A stretch of 64,000 nucleotides of DNA from positions 83,886,001 to 83,950,000 of the forward strand of contig OX597814.1 in assembly GCA_951406725.2 (NCBI GenBank), in the 5' to 3' direction. The notes beneath the pieces are model-generated. The model did no database searches. It was not told the DNA's origin and was given only the letters and a program-made list of their open reading frames with translations. The position numbers and the translations under genes were made by a program. The first letter of the stretch is position 1, and each line of letters starts with the position of its first letter. Below, piece by piece: positions 37,471 to 49,995 of this stretch. This DNA comes from Octopus vulgaris (taxonomy: Eukaryota).

Positions 37471-39049
37471 GTAATCTGGCAACCACCTAATCTCTCTGTA
37501 TTTGCAACAGATTTCCCTTCTCCTCACCTATTAATCCTTTATTCTCCTTTTTTTGCGATGCAATTCAGTAATGTCTCCCCTATATCATTGGTCTTGACTT
37601 TGTCGGTTGTCGTATACTGTCAAAGTATAAAGTTACATCTTATAATGATATACAATACCTTTCCAACACACATAACCATTCGCTCATATCTTTAGTTTCA
37701 CATTTTATTTAGTTCCAACCACACTGCATGGTACACAACCCAGACGAGCAGCTCACATCTTTTCTATTGACACACACCACTGAACAAGACTTGTACCTTC
37801 CCGCTTCACACCCAAATGGACCATATTGCCACATATTTCCCACGTTTATTGCACACGCAACTATATAAAACTAAGTGCTTTCGTCGTATTGTTACTTATG
37901 AAGCGTATTTAAGCTTATTACCCACATTATATTCCATTATTGAGCTAGATACACGTTTTCATGATAGTCGGCGACATCCAAGCAGTAATTATACGACAGA
38001 TAAGGTCACAGATCGAATCTGTAGCGTACTGGAAACTATTCTGGAGGTTCTTTCTAAAGAAGTAACACAGCAATATGGTTTAGAAGATAAATGTCGCGCC
38101 TAAATTACAAATTATGTCAGTAAATGTGAAGAACAGGTGTGACAGATTTGAGTTAGGGACGACACTGAAATTGTATGGAAGAGTATCAGAGATGCACTGT
38201 GGCAATGGTCTTTGGGTTTACTAAAGTGAAGTGCGAAAACTAACTCAATGATAACTACATTAAAATTCAGAACGAACTCCTAATTTTGCGTAGTGCTCAA
38301 AGATTCTGAATTATGAACAGAAGATCGTTGGATAAAATGCAATTCGAAGGCATTCTATAAATAACAGATTTTTTTTTATATCTAACCTTTACCAAAGTAG
38401 ACAACACGGAACTTCGGAACTGTCGTCAAGAGATGTGACAAAGGACTAAATACACTCAAATCGAATCCCAAACCAGAAATATAACCCAATGTATTGCTTC
38501 ACTTTTCCAGCAAGATCCTTTGGTCTCACCATCAAATTCCGAAGGACAGAGCTGCTCCGTTATTTACTTCAGCAGCTCTGATTTTCAGCTTTGTCGATTG
38601 TACGCCGCTAAAGGTTGTTGGCTCCTTCACATGCTATAAGTCTCTTGTAAGCAATAAGACGATTAGATATCGACTCGGATTTATAAATACAAGTATCACA
38701 TTTGGTAAACTTATTCATCACGGTTATGTAACATCACGTCTTTTGACACCAACATGGATCACTACAAGATAATAATTCTGATAGTTTTCTGTTTTTCGGA
38801 GGCATTTATTTTTTCCCCCGTGTCTGAATTATACCGGTGACACCAATGAAAAATCCCTTTCTTTTTCTTTGTTGGGAGAAAAGAGAATTTACAGTAAAAA
38901 CAAACCCTCAGCCCTCCCTCCAGGGTGTAAATTACGCGAGAAAGAAAAGAAAAAAATTAAATTAACGATAGACAAAAACATGTGCCTTCTCGCACATAAA
39001 CACATTATTCATACATATACAAACATACGCAGACGCAAATATTGAAGTA

Positions 39050-42000
39050 CTAAATGGCTCTCCCTCACTTGTCCTTCCCATTAATGCCATTGCTCAACCA
39101 ATTCTGAACGATCTTGCCAGGTCAGGTCTGTTGTATGCAGCATCGGATCCTACTACTGGTAAACTGTAAACCAGTACAACCTGTGTCAGTGGGGTAGAAA
39201 GGGCTCCTTAGCCGTAGTGAAGGCAATCTATCTAGGGAGATAACCTTACAATAAATCACTTGGTCCGTAGCTTAGAAATACTGGGTTGACGTCCAGCGGG
39301 AACAGCTTTGTTTCATGGAGGAGGAAAGATCTTCTTTAGTACTTGGTTGTACAATGCTTTCCAATGTGTGTAGTAGTGGCGCGCGCACACATTATTAGCC
39401 ATTTGAAAAGACTGGAATTTACAATTAACTGCATCAGGGTTCCTCTTCCCCAGGGAACCAGACCTAATGGTATACCTGCGGATGTAGGTCCAGCCCCTGC
39501 TTTGCCGGGTCCTGTCTCTGATCACGTTGCACCTCCAAGGGCATCCATTGACGGTGATGCCCTCAATCTTAACAGACGGGTATCACCTGATGGAGAAGAG
39601 TCAGCTCCCAACCAAACAACACAAAACAAACACCTCATCAGCTGTAAAAATCATACGATACTCAGCACCTTCAATGCCCGCACGCTCGGCTCTCTTGGCC
39701 GTCTAGAACTTGGTGCAAATGCAGAATCACATGGCATTGATATAATTGCTGTCCAAGAACACCGATTTTACCACCCTGACAACATCCTCAAATACCATCA
39801 AGTCGGTTCTTATCAACTTGTAACCTCCTCAGCATCAAAGAATACTGTTAATTCAACAGTTGGAGGTATCGGATTTCTACTTTCATCAAAAGCCAGTGAT
39901 ACTCTCTTGAGTATAGAGTCAATCTCACCTAGAATTATGGTGCTTGAGAAAGATGGAAACCCGAAAACAACATTGGTATGTGTGTATAGCCCACATAATT
40001 CGTCTGTGGCAGACGAGATTGAGAATTTCTATACAACCCTTCGTTCAACCATTGAGCAAGTACCTCTCCATAATTTTCTAGTTATAGCTGGTGATCTGAA
40101 TGCTAGACTAGGACCCGATGAGACCAAGTTTACTTTCAACTCTAAAACTAATCGGAACGGAGAAATGCTCAAAGACTTCTTGGAGGAATTTAATCTCTAC
40201 ACCTCCACCAATTCTTTTATGAAACCAAAAGGTCAACTTTGGACATTTGAGTCCCCACTTGGTGATAGGGCACAAATTGACTACCTCATCTTTCGAAAGA
40301 AGTGGCGCAATAGTGTTAAAAACTCGAGATCCTACTCTTCCTTTAGTTCTGTCGGCTCTGACCACCGAATTGTATCAGCTACCGTTAAGCTTAGTCTTCG
40401 CTCATCCAAAAAAGCTAAGCCTCACCCGATGAAAACGATCGACCGGGAGGAAGTCTTATCTAACCCCAATATGTCCAAACAATTTACTATTGAGGTCTAT
40501 AACACATTTCAATCTTTGTCTACTTCTGAAATAGATGCTGAGAACATTGAAGAAGTATACAGAAGCCTCATCAAATCAACAGAGGAAGTTGCACTGGCTA
40601 CTCTTCCCAAAAAGAAGAGTAGGGGCCAGAGCAAACCTAATTCCCCAAATGTCATCGATGCCAGAAGCCATCTAAAGTCTATATCACTAGCTTACCACCG
40701 TTCTCCATCCCAGTCACTGAAGATCCAACTCATAGCTGCCAAGAAGAATCTTGGTGAGGCTTACTTGAACGCCGAGGTCGACCTTATCAATGGCAAAATT
40801 AGTAAACTATCCAAAGAGCACATTAGTAAAAAACACCATCTCACCTGGAAATCCATCAAAGACCTATCAGGCAAAAATTCTGGGTCATCAATTAGAATTA
40901 AAGGGGGATCAGCTAAGAAGCGTTTAGAAAATTGGTCAACCCATTTTAAAAACCTCCTTGGGAAGAATGCCAAAATCCCTGATAACCCCACTCTTCCAAG
41001 TGTGCCTATATCAGACACGCTGGACATCAACACCTCCCCTTTTACCATATTTGAACTAACAGCAGCCACCAAGCAACTAAAAGCCTCGAAAGCATTTGGT
41101 CCCGACAACATCCCAGCTATAATTTGGAAGGATGATGGATTTCACACACTTTTGCTCAACCTCTGCAATCACACACTTTCCACCTTTGTCGCTCCAAAGA
41201 TTTGGCACCAATCTCAAATCATCCCAATACCTCAAAAAGGCGATTTATCCCTCGTCACCAACTACAGGGGTATATCTCTAACGTCAATTGCTGCAAAACT
41301 GTACACAAACTAATCCTAAATAGTCTTGTCCTTTTTGTTGAACCTTTGCTCCGAAAGAACCAAAATGGATTCAGACATGGGCGCTCAACGCTGAGCCAGA
41401 TACTATGCCTACGCAGACTTATTGAAGAATCAAAAGCATTTAATCGCGATCTTGCAATGGTATTTGTAGACTTTTCTAAAGCGTTCGATTCTGTAGATAG
41501 GTACAAGATGTTTGAAATCCTTAAGCTCTATGGGATACCAGACAAAATCATTTCTGCCATCAAGGTCCTCTACACAGATACGTCTTCAACCATCTTAACC
41601 CCTGACGGAGAAACATCATCTTTCTCAATCAAAGCCGGAATACTGCAGGGAGACACACTCGCCCCATTTCTTTTCATCATTATTGTTGATTATGTGCTAC
41701 GTATGTCAGTTGATACCATCTCTGGCAAGGGCTTTGAAATAAAACCAAGAAGAAGTTCCAGACACCCAGCTGAGTACTTGACAGACACTGACTTTGCTGA
41801 TCAGTGATTCTCTCTCCAATACCCAGTCTCTTTTACAATCTCTTGAACAAGCCTCAAATTGTGTAGGTCTTTACTTCAATGAGGCCAAGACTGAATACAT
41901 AAACAAGTGCCTGTCCAACAGTGATTGCATCAGCCATACTCTCAACAATGCGCCCTTAAATATGGTTTCTGATTACAAATATCTTGGGTCATACATATCA

Positions 42001-42544
42001 TCATCTGGAAAAGACTTTCTAACTAGAAAGGGTATGGCCTGGTCAGCCTGTAATGACATGCATACGATCTGGTCATCAAATCTAAGTAGAGACTTCAAAC
42101 TTGAAATCTTCAAAGCCACAGTCGAACCAATTCTACTATATGGCTCAGAAACCTGGACGTTATCAAAGAAGTTTGAGAGGTGGTTGGATGGAACCTACAC
42201 TCGCCTTCTTATGAGAGCTCAAAATATCTCGTGGAAGCGCCATCCAACCAAAATGCAAATATATGGGAAACTACCACATGTGTCATCTCTTGTGAAAGGT
42301 AAGAGAGTCCAGTTTGCTGGACATTGTTGTAGAGCTGAAAAAGAGGTAATTTCTACTCTTCTCCTCTGGAAGCCATCTACTCGCAATACCAGAGGGCGCA
42401 CACTCTCCTACCCTGATGTAATCTCCAGGGATACAGGCATCCAGCAACAGGACCTCTGTAATGCCATGATGGACCGTGAAGTCTGGCGTAGCATAGTAAA
42501 TTGCATTGTCTCGACCACGGTCGAACAATGATGATGATGATGAT
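39050..42544 (+). mobile_element. Near-full-length RTE-superfamily LINE (APE endonuclease + RT), two frameshifts, (TGA)n tail
   Basis: EN motifs TFNARTL, AVQEHR, VYSPH, GDLNA, IDYL, SDH. RT motifs NYRGISL, QNGFR.GRST, FVDFSKAFDS, GILQGDTLAP, FAD, YKYLG, LLYGSETWTL. Stop followed by tgatgatgatgatga. 5' end approximate. Confidence 0.92.
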
Positions 42545-43288
42545 TCTATTTAGAAAAGAAAGTACCCTTGAAGACTTCCATATAAGATGCATGTGGGCCA
42601 TCTGTAGTATCATTTACAAAGATAAGGTTATGGATAGCAATATTTTCATTTGGAACAAACTGGGAAAGATTGAAGGCTTAGTTATTAAATGTTAGTCATG
42701 ATGTCTACGATATGCTTCCAACAGACAAAGACAAGCTAAAAGAGGAAGTTGATCACATAAATCTGAATATCCAAGCCAGAAATTTTCTTTTTTAAAACAC
42801 TACCACGTTAAACACAAGCACAAGTGGACTTCCACACGGTCGCTTGATTTGCGAGAAAATAACAGCCAAACCTCCTTTAGATAAAAAGGACATACTGGAG
42901 AATCATAGGGATACAAAAAGGCTGGATGGTCATGGATGGCATACCTTTGCTCATAGATCAGCTGGATTGGGTGGCGTATATGATACACAACAACAAAAAC
43001 ATCAATAACAAAAATGATAGGGAGAACTTGTCTGCCCTTAATAAAAGCAAGACATGAAGTGATTGTTTCGTGACATAAAACAATATTTTTCTAATGTAAT
43101 TTTAATTAGTAAAATCCTTGCATTGTCACACACAGCTTTATCTTCAACTCGGCATTTATGTATTGTCATCTTATTATTTACTCCACACCCACTGTTTATT
43201 TTTTAACCCACTTAAAACGTTCATACACAATCACGCAAGCAATGTATATGTAATATGTGTATGTGTATGTGCTTGTGTGTGTGTATGC

Positions 43289-43323
<35 letters not shown>

Positions 43324-43326
<3 letters not shown>

Positions 43327-44406
43327 GTAACAGAAAAGAGGAATTTCGATTATCCCCACGTGGTGAGTTGTAATGTATATAAGAAATTAGAAAAGGAAAA
43401 TACGCACACTTACATAGTTTTAATATAATTTTTAATATATCGACCGGTTTCGCTATCGCTATTCATGATATTATGTTTTACTTACGTGAATATATATTTT
43501 TTTTTCTTAAGAAGAAATTTGGTCCATGTTGTGTGTGATGAAATTCACGAGTGAATGACTTCACAAGTAGATAAATAAAGGGAGATAATTGGTTGTTATT
43601 ATTGTTATTGTTGTGTGTAATGGAGATAACTGTTCAGCTTTCGATAATGGGTGGGGATTAAATATGTGGTACAGAACGGAGACAGGTTTCAAAACCTTGT
43701 TTAGTAGGGGGTTTATGTACAGTGATGTAATCGTGAATTGAAATATGTAAAAATATAAAAGTTGGTTATGCGTGCATATTAAAACGTGTTTTGTATTTTT
43801 CAATGAAAAAAGTTTCTTTATTTAAAGAGAAATTGCGTCTTTGCACTGGTAGAAAGGGAAGACTGTGAAATTTGGTTTGATGTTACCTGCACATTTTTCT
43901 ATATGTTCACTGAAAGGAATTTGTCTGTATTGCGGGAAACGGATTTGCTCCTTATGTAGAGTGGTTCTCTTTCTCAAGGTCATACTCGTTTGTCCAATGT
44001 ACTGGTGTTCGCAACCCGAGCAGGTTATTACATAAATTAGGTTCTCAGAGGCACAGGTGAAACTAGTTTTAATTGGGAACCCCTGTCCTTGTTTGAAAAG
44101 GAAATCCGAGCCTTCAAGCAGGTTGGGGCAGGTTCCACAGTTTGGGCGTCCACCAGTTTGCGGACACCAGTACATTGGACAAACGAGTATGACCTTGAGA
44201 AAGAGAACCACTCTACATAAGGAGCAAATACGTTTCCCGCAATAAGACAAATTGGCTTCCCTTAATGTTCGTATATCTATTTCATTAACTCGTTTAATGC
44301 CTGCCTTTACTTTTTGGGATTTCCAATGTGCATTTTCGCTTATTTTTCTTCTTAATTTTCCCTTTTTATACACGTGTAGTTTCGATTTTCTTTTTTAAGA
44401 TATTTC

Positions 44407-44409
<3 letters not shown>
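43324..44409 (-). mobile_element. Penelope-like element 3' fragment (GIY-YIG endonuclease) between (TA)n tracts, with internal inversion
   Basis: CGRPNCGTCP...FTCASENLIYVITCSGCEHQYIGQT...LRKRTTLHKEQI...FSEHIEKC is a PLE GIY-YIG domain with Cys/His knuckle. Confidence 0.88.
43437..43471 (-). ncRNA. Minimal hammerhead ribozyme variant with A3-U8 core covariation, Penelope-associated
   Basis: Minus strand AUAUC-AUGAAUA-GC-GAUA-GC-GAAA-CCGG-UC-GAUAU, about 350 nt downstream of a GIY-YIG ORF on the same strand. Confidence 0.7.
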
Positions 44410-44442
<33 letters not shown>

Positions 44443-44669
44443 AAAATTATGGAATAGAGTATGAATTTCTATTCGCATACACAGCAACCCCTGCTGCTAA
44501 CTGTAAGCTAAAGAATAATTTTTTCAGCTTATCAAACATCGATTCGGGAAAAATTTACAACCTTCTAAGTCAATAAATCACTATTGTTCCTGAAAGTTGC
44601 TTTTTATACCTTCTACAGACTGCTCGAAGTTTACTATCTTCTTACACTTTGATCCTTGGATCTTACCTT

Positions 44670-44700
<31 letters not shown>

Positions 44701-45529
44701 GCACGCACGCACGCACACACACATACACACACGCACACACACAAACACCACACACACAAACACACACATATATACTTAAGACAATTTTATATATGTTTGA
44801 GAGATATTTGAACTTCTAAAGGCTTTCCACAGCAGTTTGTCGTGGAGAAAAAAAATATTCCCGCTTGAGACAAAAAGGTGTTAAAACACCAAAGCTCAGG
44901 ACGGTCGCCATTGGCCTGATGGATGCATTTCGAACTCGTTTGTTCTCTACACCACCAGACACCAAAAGAGGCACTTTGCCGTGTTATGCCGATGAATGGG
45001 ATGGGCGGTATTTGTTCACATAACTGAGTTTTATGCTCACGTAATAGATGCCTACAAATCTCATGAAACACGTGTACATTATATAAAATATTAATACCAC
45101 CTACTTTTTCTGCGTTCTTTTTGCATATTCGTCTCGCGGACTACACATACTAGCTCATCCGGAAATATGGAGATTGTCTAACCATCTGATAGACAGGAGC
45201 TGAGTAGGAAACCGATCTGTCGTGCCCATACGTTTTGGTAGCGTGTCGCACCTTTCGGCACATCTTTTGAAACGTATGTATGTATGTATGTATGTATGTG
45301 TGTGTGTGTGTGTGTGTGTGTGCGCGTGTGTGTGTGCATGCGTGCGTGTGTGTGTGTGTGTGCGTGTTCTATTTTAATTTCTCAGAGCTCTCGATCTTAC
45401 TTGCTCCGGTTAATTCTGTGAGAGCTGACAATCTACTGTCAAAAGTCTCACAGGGTCTCTAAGGATCTCTTTCCATGAATTGGTACCTAGATGTTAAGTA
45501 TCGTGGAAGATATCTTATATAATAGTCTT

Positions 45530-46385
45530 ATTTTTATCACGTGCTTTCACTTCGCTACCGAGCGCAGCTCTATGTGCCTTGAGTATGTGCTACGATTTGT
45601 TTTTGTGTTATTATTTACACTGTATTGAAAGTGTTTTACTTAAGATGTGTGCGGTGCCTAGTAGTGCTATTTTCTGTATATTATCTATATTCGTAAGTCC
45701 TGGTGTTTTGGTTATATATTTGTTTGTAGGTTTTTTAACCATACCTAATGTACCTATTATTAGAGGTATTGTTTCTGTTTTTAGGCTCCACATTCGGGTT
45801 ATTTCTATTTCCAGATCTTTGTATTTTGAGAGTCTCACCGTTTCTTTTAGAAATGCACTGTCATATGCTGGGATTGATACATCTTTTTTCTCAATGATCC
45901 CTGACAACTATATCCGGTATATTTGCCTTGATTTCTCTATCTGTGTGTATTGGCATATCCCAAAATATCGTTGCTTTGTCATTTTCTGAGACCTTTTTGG
46001 GATATGCCTATACCATCTTCTTTCTGTTGTCATTCCATAGTGTTAGCATAGCTTCCAGTGTATATAAGTCATGTCTGTGGATATATTCCTTCTTAGCCAG
46101 GACTGGGCAGCCTGAGACGATGTGATTTATTGTTTCTTCCCTATCACACATATTTCTGCAGTTACTTGCATTTTTCTTTATTATGTGTTTCAGGTGGTTT
46201 TTGGTGGGGACTTTGATCTTGAGTTGCAATTAAAAATCTTTCAATCTCTGCTTTGAGTTCTGAGCTTCTGAACCATTGTTGGGATTTTACTTTGTCTATT
46301 TCTTTTCGTTTTAGCTTATCCTAGTATTTGCCATGCAAGGGCTTTTCTTGCCATCGTTTTATCATGGTATTTTGTTATTCCAGTT
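45530..46385 (-). mobile_element. Dong/R4-like retrotransposon 3' fragment (zinc knuckle + restriction-like endonuclease)
   Basis: CRNMCDREETINHIVSGCPVLAKKEYIHRHD; DVSIP...KE..LSKYKDLEIEITRMW...IQKIALLGTAHIL. Confidence 0.85.
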
Positions 46386-46403
46386 TAATTTATTATTATT
46401 ATT

Positions 46404-46957
46404 GAGTGAGAGAGCAGTGCATGCCATCAAAGTGACACTGGGGTAAAATATACGAAGCCCAGTATACCCATCATGACTACCCGTCTGATAAGGGTACATC
46501 AGGCACATGCATCACAACCATATGTGTGCGACATGGTGATCTCATATCAAGATAAGCAGCACATGACCTTGCAGGTGGGGCCCACTTAGAATTTTCTTCA
46601 GGTCGAGTAACCCATCCTGCTCAAAAGGTCCCTGAATAAGGGTTGTTTAAGGATGTTGAATGAAACACCCATGTTTCCAGAGGTGAATTATTCAGCCCCC
46701 AAAGAATCCCCCTCAACACATGGCTATGATGCTCCCCCACTACTTCTGCTCGTGATCAGAGATGCACATATCGTCAGCCACTAAGGGACATGCTCAACTG
46801 GTTAAGGTCAAACAACTGACAAGCAAATCTGTGGTATTGAGCAGAATATTTACCGTAGCCCATCTTTTATACCAAAACAAAACAATGTACATAATAACAC
46901 TTCCAATCAGTTAAGATCAGAAGCCATGAAAGCCACTGTCTGGTACTGCATCAGGGC

Positions 46958-46959
<2 letters not shown>
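46404..46959 (-). mobile_element. About 556-bp non-coding element inserted in (TTA)n microsatellite
   Basis: Higher-complexity block flanked on both sides by (TTA)n; minus-strand end CTCTCTCACTC(AAT)n. Confidence 0.6.
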
Positions 46960-47028
<69 letters not shown>

Positions 47029-47029
47029 G

Positions 47030-47755
47030 GTCAGATTTGGTCTTATTCATAGTAGGATCTATGTGGTAGCGGGTTACTACCTGTAACCTTAGGCATCCAC
47101 ACGTTTTCGATAGTCTTTCAAGTGCTTAGAACCCTCCTGATAATCCTTGCTGTCCCTAAGAGGCAAAATTTCTGTAGGTGTTCTACCGGGCATTCTATTT
47201 CAATCTCCCTCAGCCATTTGTTTATACCTTGGCTTACTGTTCACATGCTCCAAGTTTTTCCTATTTCAAATTTTAAAGGATTGTATTTTCTTTGTTTTTT
47301 TCCTCTTTCTTTATGATCCTAGAATCATATGGACATGATGGGTCGATAAGTAAACAACTTTGCTTTTCCTTATCTATGATTGTAATATCTTATCTATTAT
47401 TTTCTAACTTCTTGTCCATTTGAAGAGGTAAGTCCCACAAAACCTTACATTCCTCCAACTCTAATACTCTTTCGACTCGATATTTGACCATGTGTTTCCA
47501 GCTTCAAATTCCCATTTCCGGCATACTTTCGAGTGTAAAATTTTTACATCCTGGTCGTGCCTCCATTTCTTTTACTGTTCCTGTGCCAACTTAGGACATT
47601 CTTCTACAATGTGTGCCACTGTCTCGTCCCAAGTTCCATAGGATGTACATTTTTCTGACGCATTCTCTCCTTATATATTTTTCTCAAGTTGTTTGTTTTT
47701 ATCGCTTGATCTTGGGCTGCTACAATTAGGTTCTGTTTCTTTTATTTAAATACCC
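47030..47755 (-). mobile_element. Second Dong/R4-like RLE fragment
   Basis: Minus strand DETVAHIVEECPKLAQEQ*KKWRHDQ, LWD, and LQKFCLLGTARIIRRVL. Confidence 0.75.
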
Positions 47756-48374
47756 CACTTATATATATATATATGTCTGTGTGTGTGTATGTGTGTGTGT
47801 GCGTGTGTGCGTGTGTGTGTAATATATATAATGATAATAATAATAATAATAATAATTATTATTATTATTATTATTAGTAGTAGTAGTAGTAGTATTATGC
47901 AGTAAAAAGCTATCAATAACTGTCACTAACGTGGTTCTGCGCCCCACTTCAATTCGTTTTCAAGCGAAGCAACCTGTATTTTGTTGGTCTTACAGTTTTA
48001 ATGAAACCCACACGCACGCGCAAAAGCTTATTTATTGATCATTTAAATAAATGTGGGCGCTTATCATATCAAAAAGGTAGGTTTGATTATTTCCGGAAAT
48101 AATGAAACCCGCATGGCATACATTTCCATATTTGCAGGAAGTTATGTTTACACTATGTAATGCGCTCATATATGTGTGCATGTGTGTGTGGGTGTGTGCG
48201 TTCGTGTTTGTAGGTGTGCCTGCGTATGTATGTATGTATGTATGTATGTATGTATGTATGTATGTATGTATGTATGTATGTATGTATGTATGTATGCGTG
48301 TGTGTGTATGTATGTATGTATGCATGCATGTATGTATCTATGCGTGTATGTATATGTGTGTGTGTATATGTATG

Positions 48375-48421
<47 letters not shown>

Positions 48422-49076
48422 CCATTTATGTATGGCCATACTAATATTTATTTAACTGCAAAATAATGATGACGACGATGATAACAATGACTATAATAAC
48501 AATAATAATGATGATGATTATGATGATGATGATGATGATGATAAATGAAGGAAAAAAGAAGGAAAGAAAGAAAGAATATATGAATGAATGGTAGAAACAG
48601 AGAAAGAATGATGAATTAGCCAGACAAACGTCTTCCCAATCTCTTCACATGGTGTTTGCCGGAAGAAAAAATAATGACAAAAAGAGAGCAATATTTATTT
48701 AGCTGTTATCTTTGCAGAAGAATAAGTGTTGGTCACTAACAAACCGCTCAGATGTTTTCTTAAAATTGGGTAGTACCAGACGATTATGTTTGGCTTATTT
48801 GGGTGTATACGTGATTTATTTCGCTAAGAGATTTATATAATATATTTTATGCCGCTACACTTACTTTTGGGATTCGTAGGTAGTAATTCTAGTTATTAAA
48901 AAGAAACACATTTGAAAGAAACTTTAAAAGAAACATTTCCAGGTTGTATATGTGTTGTTGTTGCTGTTGGTTTTGTTGTTCTTGTTGTTGTTGCTGCTGC
49001 TGCTACTGATCAGTCCCAGGTTAGTCTTAACGAGCAACAAACTTATCAGATACAATCCAGTCGAACATCCAGCTCT

Positions 49077-49112
<36 letters not shown>

Positions 49113-49399
49113 TAAAGACTGAAGTGTGAATTTTAGGAAGATATCTGGCTGCTCTTCTTTGCTGGTCTGGCTCTTATTTTTTGCAGACCTTCCCACTGCA
49201 TTAATAATATTCTCTGAATATGTTTCGTTGTTAAGTTTAGCAAATCGATGATTGGTCTTATATATATATATATTCATAAATCAAATAATATGTAATCTGT
49301 GGATTCCATTTTAGTTAGGTCACCGTGAAGTCAAACCAGCCTGCTCCTGTTCGACTACCGTAATGTAAAAAGAGATTATAATCTAAGTCGATCGCCACT

Positions 49400-49995
49400 A
49401 TGGATAATCATTCGCAAGACTGGCTTAAATTACCAAACAACGATTTTTATGAATTGTGACTTCAGGATGTCTGGAAAGTTTTCAGAATGACCCGCTCCCA
49501 AATGTTAGGAGATACTGCGTTACACATCAGGAACAGAAACTTTTCAGTAAGGTGAAGTCTACAGTTTGAGACAGGTTAAAGTATAGGATAGCCTTATCAG
49601 CAATATTTCTGGCCACTAGCGGGCATGACAGATTCTGGTCTTTAGGTTTTCTGATGAAATGTGACAGAGATGTGGGATCTTCCTTGTACCACGACCAGAA
49701 TAAGTGGAAATGTTGAAAGAGTCAAGTTTTGAAAGTGTTCGTGGTTAGCCCCACACAAATTCTTTCAAGACTGCCAGGAAAAGTTATAATTGCTCGGTAT
49801 GCGATTTCTTCCGATGCGTTCGGGGAAAACGAAAATCCGACGAATGCGTACTATATGTTTGTACTGTAGGCGTAACAGCTGGCGCGATAAATTTTTATGC
49901 ATACGCAGGAAGGGTTGCGTCACCTTCCATCCAAAGGATTTTGTCTGCGCGGCTTCAGTTTTGGCGGAAAAAAAATTAAGTCGGATACTTTTTTA
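49400..49995 (-). mobile_element. Possible mariner 5' relic
   Basis: Minus strand EEIAYRAIITF resembles a mariner N-terminal HTH; aaagtatccgac TIR-like end. Confidence 0.4.

Noticed and set aside
39050-39340. HDV-like ribozyme in the RTE 5' UTR
   Set aside because: Expected for some RTE elements, but I could not build a P1/P1.1/P2/P3 nested pseudoknot by eye; needs an Infernal or RNArobo search.
46628-46959. HDV-like or hammerhead motif at the 5' end of the 556-bp element (GCCCUGAUGC...UCAGGGA)
   Set aside because: The core is CUGAUGC with no matching GAAA/stems, and the putative P1 partner is about 320 nt away with a mismatch at position 1.
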